Shown here piece after piece: positions 7,127 through 10,047 of a stretch of 10,047 nt of DNA (its first letter is position 1; each line of letters starts with the position of its first letter). Position numbers and translations under genes: made by a program. Origin of the DNA: Gemmatimonadaceae bacterium (lineage in GTDB: Bacteria; Gemmatimonadota; Gemmatimonadetes; Gemmatimonadales; Gemmatimonadaceae); the NCBI GenBank assembly GCA_044224875.1, contig JBGAJQ010000101.1:1-10047 (forward strand). The letters are read 5' to 3'. The notes under the pieces are model-generated. The model was not told where the DNA came from. It saw only the letters and a program-made list of their open reading frames with translations, and searched no databases.

Positions 7127-7142
7127 TACGAAGGTCTTCGTA
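7127..7142. promoter_or_regulatory. Putative BlaI-family operator 2 (TACGAA-GGTC-TTCGTA)
   Basis: Second copy of the same palindrome, 22 bp from the first and abutting the other side of TTGACA. Confidence 0.85.
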
Positions 7143-7212
7143 GTTACAGGCGACAGTAGACGAGCGGTTGACGAGGCTGCGACACCGGCCAGATCACTCC
7201 TTTGTGGCTTGT

Positions 7213-7577
7213 GGTCGGCTGCTCTCCAGTCTCCGCTGGACGCTTCGCCGGAAGGCCGCTATGCGGTTGTCGGCTCGCATCTTCAGGTGCCGGCCAGTCC
7301 CCTGGCCGTCGCACCCTCGACATTCACAGGCCAGCCCCGAACAGCTTCGACTCCTGTGCGCCGAAGGGGAGCAGCTTGGCAAGCCGACCGGCGGAATATC
7401 GCCAGCGCCCTACCGTCGAATGGGCTCCGGAGAGGTCGCGACTTGTCCGTGGGTCGCGACGTCGGCTCGGCAGAACGACGGGAATCTGGGCGCGACGGAC
7501 GTCCAGACTCCGGGGCACTTCGAACGAGGCGACCAGAAGGCGAGGTCCCGGGGCCCCCTTCCCGGTGGTCTCGGGAC
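7213..7577. ncRNA. Candidate structured non-coding element (unassigned)
   Basis: Near-continuous run of stem-loops at 7225-7240, 7261-7280, 7286-7315, 7325-7358, 7390-7403, 7435-7460, 7485-7507 and 7545-7577, plus long-range pairing of 7213-7227 with 7366-7389. No credible ORF. It matches no RNA family I recognise, and high GC inflates chance pairing. Confidence 0.3.
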
Positions 7578-7622
7578 GCGCGAGAATTGCGAAGCTGAAT
7601 GCTCGGCGCCCACGATCTCGAC

Positions 7623-7654
7623 GTGACGCTCGTGTGACGCCCCCCGCGCAGACT
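7623..7654 (+). promoter_or_regulatory. Heptamer direct repeat plus putative -10 element (SARP/OmpR-type activator site)
   Basis: GTGACGC (7623-7629), TCGT, GTGACGC (7634-7640), 8 nt, then CAGACT (7649-7654). The period is 11 bp, and the element ends 22 nt before the ATG at 7677. Confidence 0.5.
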
Positions 7655-7676
7655 TCCCGCTCGGCAACCGCGACGA

Positions 7677-10047
7677 ATGGCTCCCCCCACCATCCCGCAG
7701 TCTGCAGGAACGTCTTTGCTCCAGTGCGCGGTACTGGGGCAGTCGTCCGTCAGCGTTGGTGATGTACGCCTGGCAGCCGAAGGAGAATTGGCGTTCGGGC
7801 TCGCGTTGTATTGCGCGCTCAATGCGGGTACCGAGCTGGCACGCGATGCGGTGGCGCAATTGTTGTGGCCCACGCACGACGCCGAGGCTGCCCGCCACTG
7901 CCTGCGCCAGCTCGTCTATCGGCTGCGCGCGCTCGGTGTCCCTTTGGCGGCGAATGGCGACTCTCTGGCGATCGCGCCCGAACACGTCGTGCTGGATGCG
8001 GGCGTCTTGTTCACGCCGGAGCCGTCTCGCGCCGCGTACCTGACGATCGAGCGTTTTGACGTACTGGCGGATTACGCGCCGGCCTTTTCCACGCCCTTCG
8101 CCCGTTGGGTGGAGGAGATGCGAGAGCAGTTGGGGATTCGATTGCGCGATGGGCTCATGGCGTGCATCGCCGATGCGCGGTCCAGGGGCCGCTATCGGGA
8201 GGTGTCGCAGCTGGCGACGCACTGCCTGACGCTCGACCCCCTGAACGAGGAAGCGACACTCGGCCTCGCGGAGGCAACGGCGTTGGCCGGAAACAAGGTG
8301 CGCGCCTTGCAGATGCTGGACGCGTACCGTGTGGACCTTGGCGCGTCGCCGACCTTGAGCCTGCAGACGGACCTGTTACGCCGTCGCATCGCCGAGCGAT
8401 TGAACGTGTACGGCGCGCAACCGGATGATGTCCCGATGGTTGGACGCGACGATGCCGTGGAGTTCCTGTTGCGCGGGTTACATGCGATCTCTGGCGGCAA
8501 GGCACACCACCTGCTGATCGTCGGTGAGCCGGGGGTCGGCAAGACGCGGCTGCTCGCGGAGTTTCAGAAGATCGTTGCGGTGCACGGGGTTCGTACGGTG
8601 GCACTGCGCTGTCATCCCGGCTGGGACGAGCAGCCGCTCACCGCGATTACGGAGCTGGCCCGTTCGATGATGCAGCTGCCGGGGGCGTTAGGCTGCTCTC
8701 CCGACGCCTTGATTGCCCTGCGGGAGTTGACCGGTGTCGTGCCGCGGCGTTCCGATGCGGCGCTCTACGCCTCCGACGCCGACGCCATGTTGGCCAACCT
8801 GCGTTGGGCCGTGCTCGACTTGTTCGAGGCCGTCATGCAGGAGCGACGGCTCGTGCTGCTCGTCGACAATGTGCAGTGGCTGGATGCGCTTTCGGAATCG
8901 TTCCTGTCTTATGTGTTGGCGCAGTGCGCAGCGACCCCGTTGTACGCCGTGATGACCGTCCGGGACGAGGATGCTCGGGCGACCGATCCCTCGCAGCGAC
9001 CGTTGCTCGCCACTGAGCGGCGGTTGGCGCTGCAGCCGCTGGATGACGCCAGTTCGCGGACGCTCGTGCACGAGGTGTTGGAAGCGACGGACCGTTCCCT
9101 GCCCGAGGCCGCGATCGACGATTGTGTGCGGCGTTGTGGCGGGAATCCGTACTTTTTGAGCGAGTTGACGCGGTTCTTTATCGTGGCGGGCCCTGGTGCG
9201 TCGGCGCCGGTGACGCTGCGTACGTTCATCGAGTTTCGGCTGACGAAGGTATCGCAGGCGGCGCGGCGTGCGTTGCAGGCCGTGGCCATCCTTGGGGCGT
9301 TTTCCACGATTGGCCGGGTGCGGCGCGTGCTGCAGGTGAGCGGATATTCGATCTTGAACGCGTTGGAGGAGTTGCAGCTTACGGGGTTGGTGCAGCTGGA
9401 GAATGAGCGGTGTGAGTGCCGTCACGATGTGGTGCGGGAGATAGCGGAGGCGGGGATGTCCGGTGTGGCGCGACGCGTACTGCACCTGCGGGCGGCCCGA
9501 GAATTGCGCCGGGAGGCTGGGGCGGCGAAGGATGCAGCGCTGTTGTTCCAGTGTGGGCTCCATCTCCTTAGGTCCGGGGACACGAAACGTGCGCCACGTG
9601 GTGCACTATTGCTTGCCAATCGCCTTTTGGAGCTTGGAGCAGCCGAGAATGCAGAAGAATTGGCTCGACTCGCCATGACTTGTACATCGGCTTCGGTTGT
9701 CCATGGACAAGCGTACCTAACGTCCGCGCGCTCGCTACGGGTACAAGGGAAGTGGCCTGCCCTTGCAGCGCTTCGGTCGCGCATGAACAGAGAGGAGCTC
9801 GACGGACTTGGTCAGCTGGCTCGGACCGAGATACTGATCCATTCAGCCGAAGCGATTGTCCAGCTGGGCAGCTTTACCCCTGCGGACATTGATCGGTTGG
9901 TAGACCTTGCAAGGGATAGTACGCTTCCTTGGTCGCTGCGATTGCAGGCGGTGCGGCTTGCGATCACCGTTGCTGATAATAAGTGGGACGTGCCCTTGGC
10001 CACTCGGATAGCGGAGATCATTGAATCACTGCCGCCATTGCTCGGGG
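7677..10047 (+). CDS. SARP-family (wHTH + BTAD) transcriptional regulator fused to a STAND/AAA ATPase and a helical TPR-like region; 3' end lies outside the window
   Basis: Translated by hand and open from ATG 7677 to the window end (790 codons). LQCAVLGQ..ARDAVAQLLWP..ARHCLRQLVYRLR (wHTH); FARWVEEMRE..CLTLDPLNEEA (BTAD); PMVGRD, Walker A GEPGVGKT (8523-8546), Walker B LVLLVDNVQWLD (8850-8885), LALQPLD, GGNPYFLSEL (9138 onward) and CRHDVVRE..RRVLH. An in-frame TGA at 7635-7637 bounds the start; an alternative TTG start is at 7716. Confidence 0.92.
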   Translation, partial: MAPPTIPQSAGTSLLQCAVLGQSSVSVGDVRLAAEGELAFGLALYCALNAGTELARDAVAQLLWPTHDAEAARHCLRQLVYRLRALGVPLAANGDSLAIAPEHVVLDAGVLFTPEPSRAAYLTIERFDVLADYAPAFSTPFARWVEEMREQLGIRLRDGLMACIADARSRGRYREVSQLATHCLTLDPLNEEATLGLAEATALAGNKVRALQMLDAYRVDLGASPTLSLQTDLLRRRIAERLNVYGAQPDDVPMVGRDDAVEFLLRGLHAISGGKAHHLLIVGEPGVGKTRLLAEFQKIVAVHGVRTVALRCHPGWDEQPLTAITELARSMMQLPGALGCSPDALIALRELTGVVPRRSDAALYASDADAMLANLRWAVLDLFEAVMQERRLVLLVDNVQWLDALSESFLSYVLAQCAATPLYAVMTVRDEDARATDPSQRPLLATERRLALQPLDDASSRTLVHEVLEATDRSLPEAAIDDCVRRCGGNPYFLSELTRFFIVAGPGASAPVTLRTFIEFRLTKVSQAARRALQAVAILGAFSTIGRVRRVLQVSGYSILNALEELQLTGLVQLENERCECRHDVVREIAEAGMSGVARRVLHLRAARELRREAGAAKDAALLFQCGLHLLRSGDTKRAPRGALLLANRLLELGAAENAEELARLAMTCTSASVVHGQAYLTSARSLRVQGKWPALAALRSRMNREELDGLGQLARTEILIHSAEAIVQLGSFTPADIDRLVDLARDSTLPWSLRLQAVRLAITVADNKWDVPLATRIAEIIESLPPLLG

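Noticed and set aside
7143..7676. tRNA, tmRNA, RNase P RNA or cobalamin riboswitch in the spacer (TTCGACTCC at 7346-7354 resembles a T-loop)
   Set aside because: No cloverleaf or CCA end, no GAGGAAAGTCC RNase P core and no B12-box found on either strand by eye.
7038..7873. ORFs across the divergent spacer (7038-7598, 7168-7626, 7202-7762, 7283-7873)
   Set aside because: Arg/Pro/Ser/Gly-rich with no domain, and several overlap the promoter/operators or the SARP gene.
8688..9563. 291-aa minus ORF, and likewise 7410-8222
   Set aside because: Antisense to the SARP-STAND frame, which carries all the recognisable motifs.

Overview
GC-rich bacterial chromosomal window; the gene set resembles Gemmatimonadota/Acidobacteriota-type soil bacteria, which is an inference only. 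From left to right: a MoxR-family AAA+ ATPase (+, 20-1033); a convergent small hypothetical ORF (-, 1097-1441) preceded by a repeat- and hairpin-rich spacer; and a minus-strand unit of a BlaI/MecI/CopY repressor (6672-7064), a BlaR1-type M56 metallopeptidase fused to about 15 HEAT-like repeats (3583-6675) and a secreted beta-lactamase-family serine hydrolase (1788-3455). The promoter of this unit is readable: TTGACA sits exactly between two TACGAA-N4-TTCGTA palindromes. After about 530 nt of hairpin-dense non-coding DNA comes a divergent SARP (wHTH-BTAD)-STAND ATPase regulator. It starts at 7677, runs off the window (790 codons, no stop) and is absent from the supplied ORF track. A GTGACGC-N4-GTGACGC-N8-CAGACT element with SARP-type promoter geometry lies just upstream of it. 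I found no rRNA, tRNA, CRISPR array or transposase. Most protein families here are known. The leads worth following are the domain-swapped BlaIR-like circuit, its operator, the candidate SARP autoregulatory site and the candidate structured RNA.
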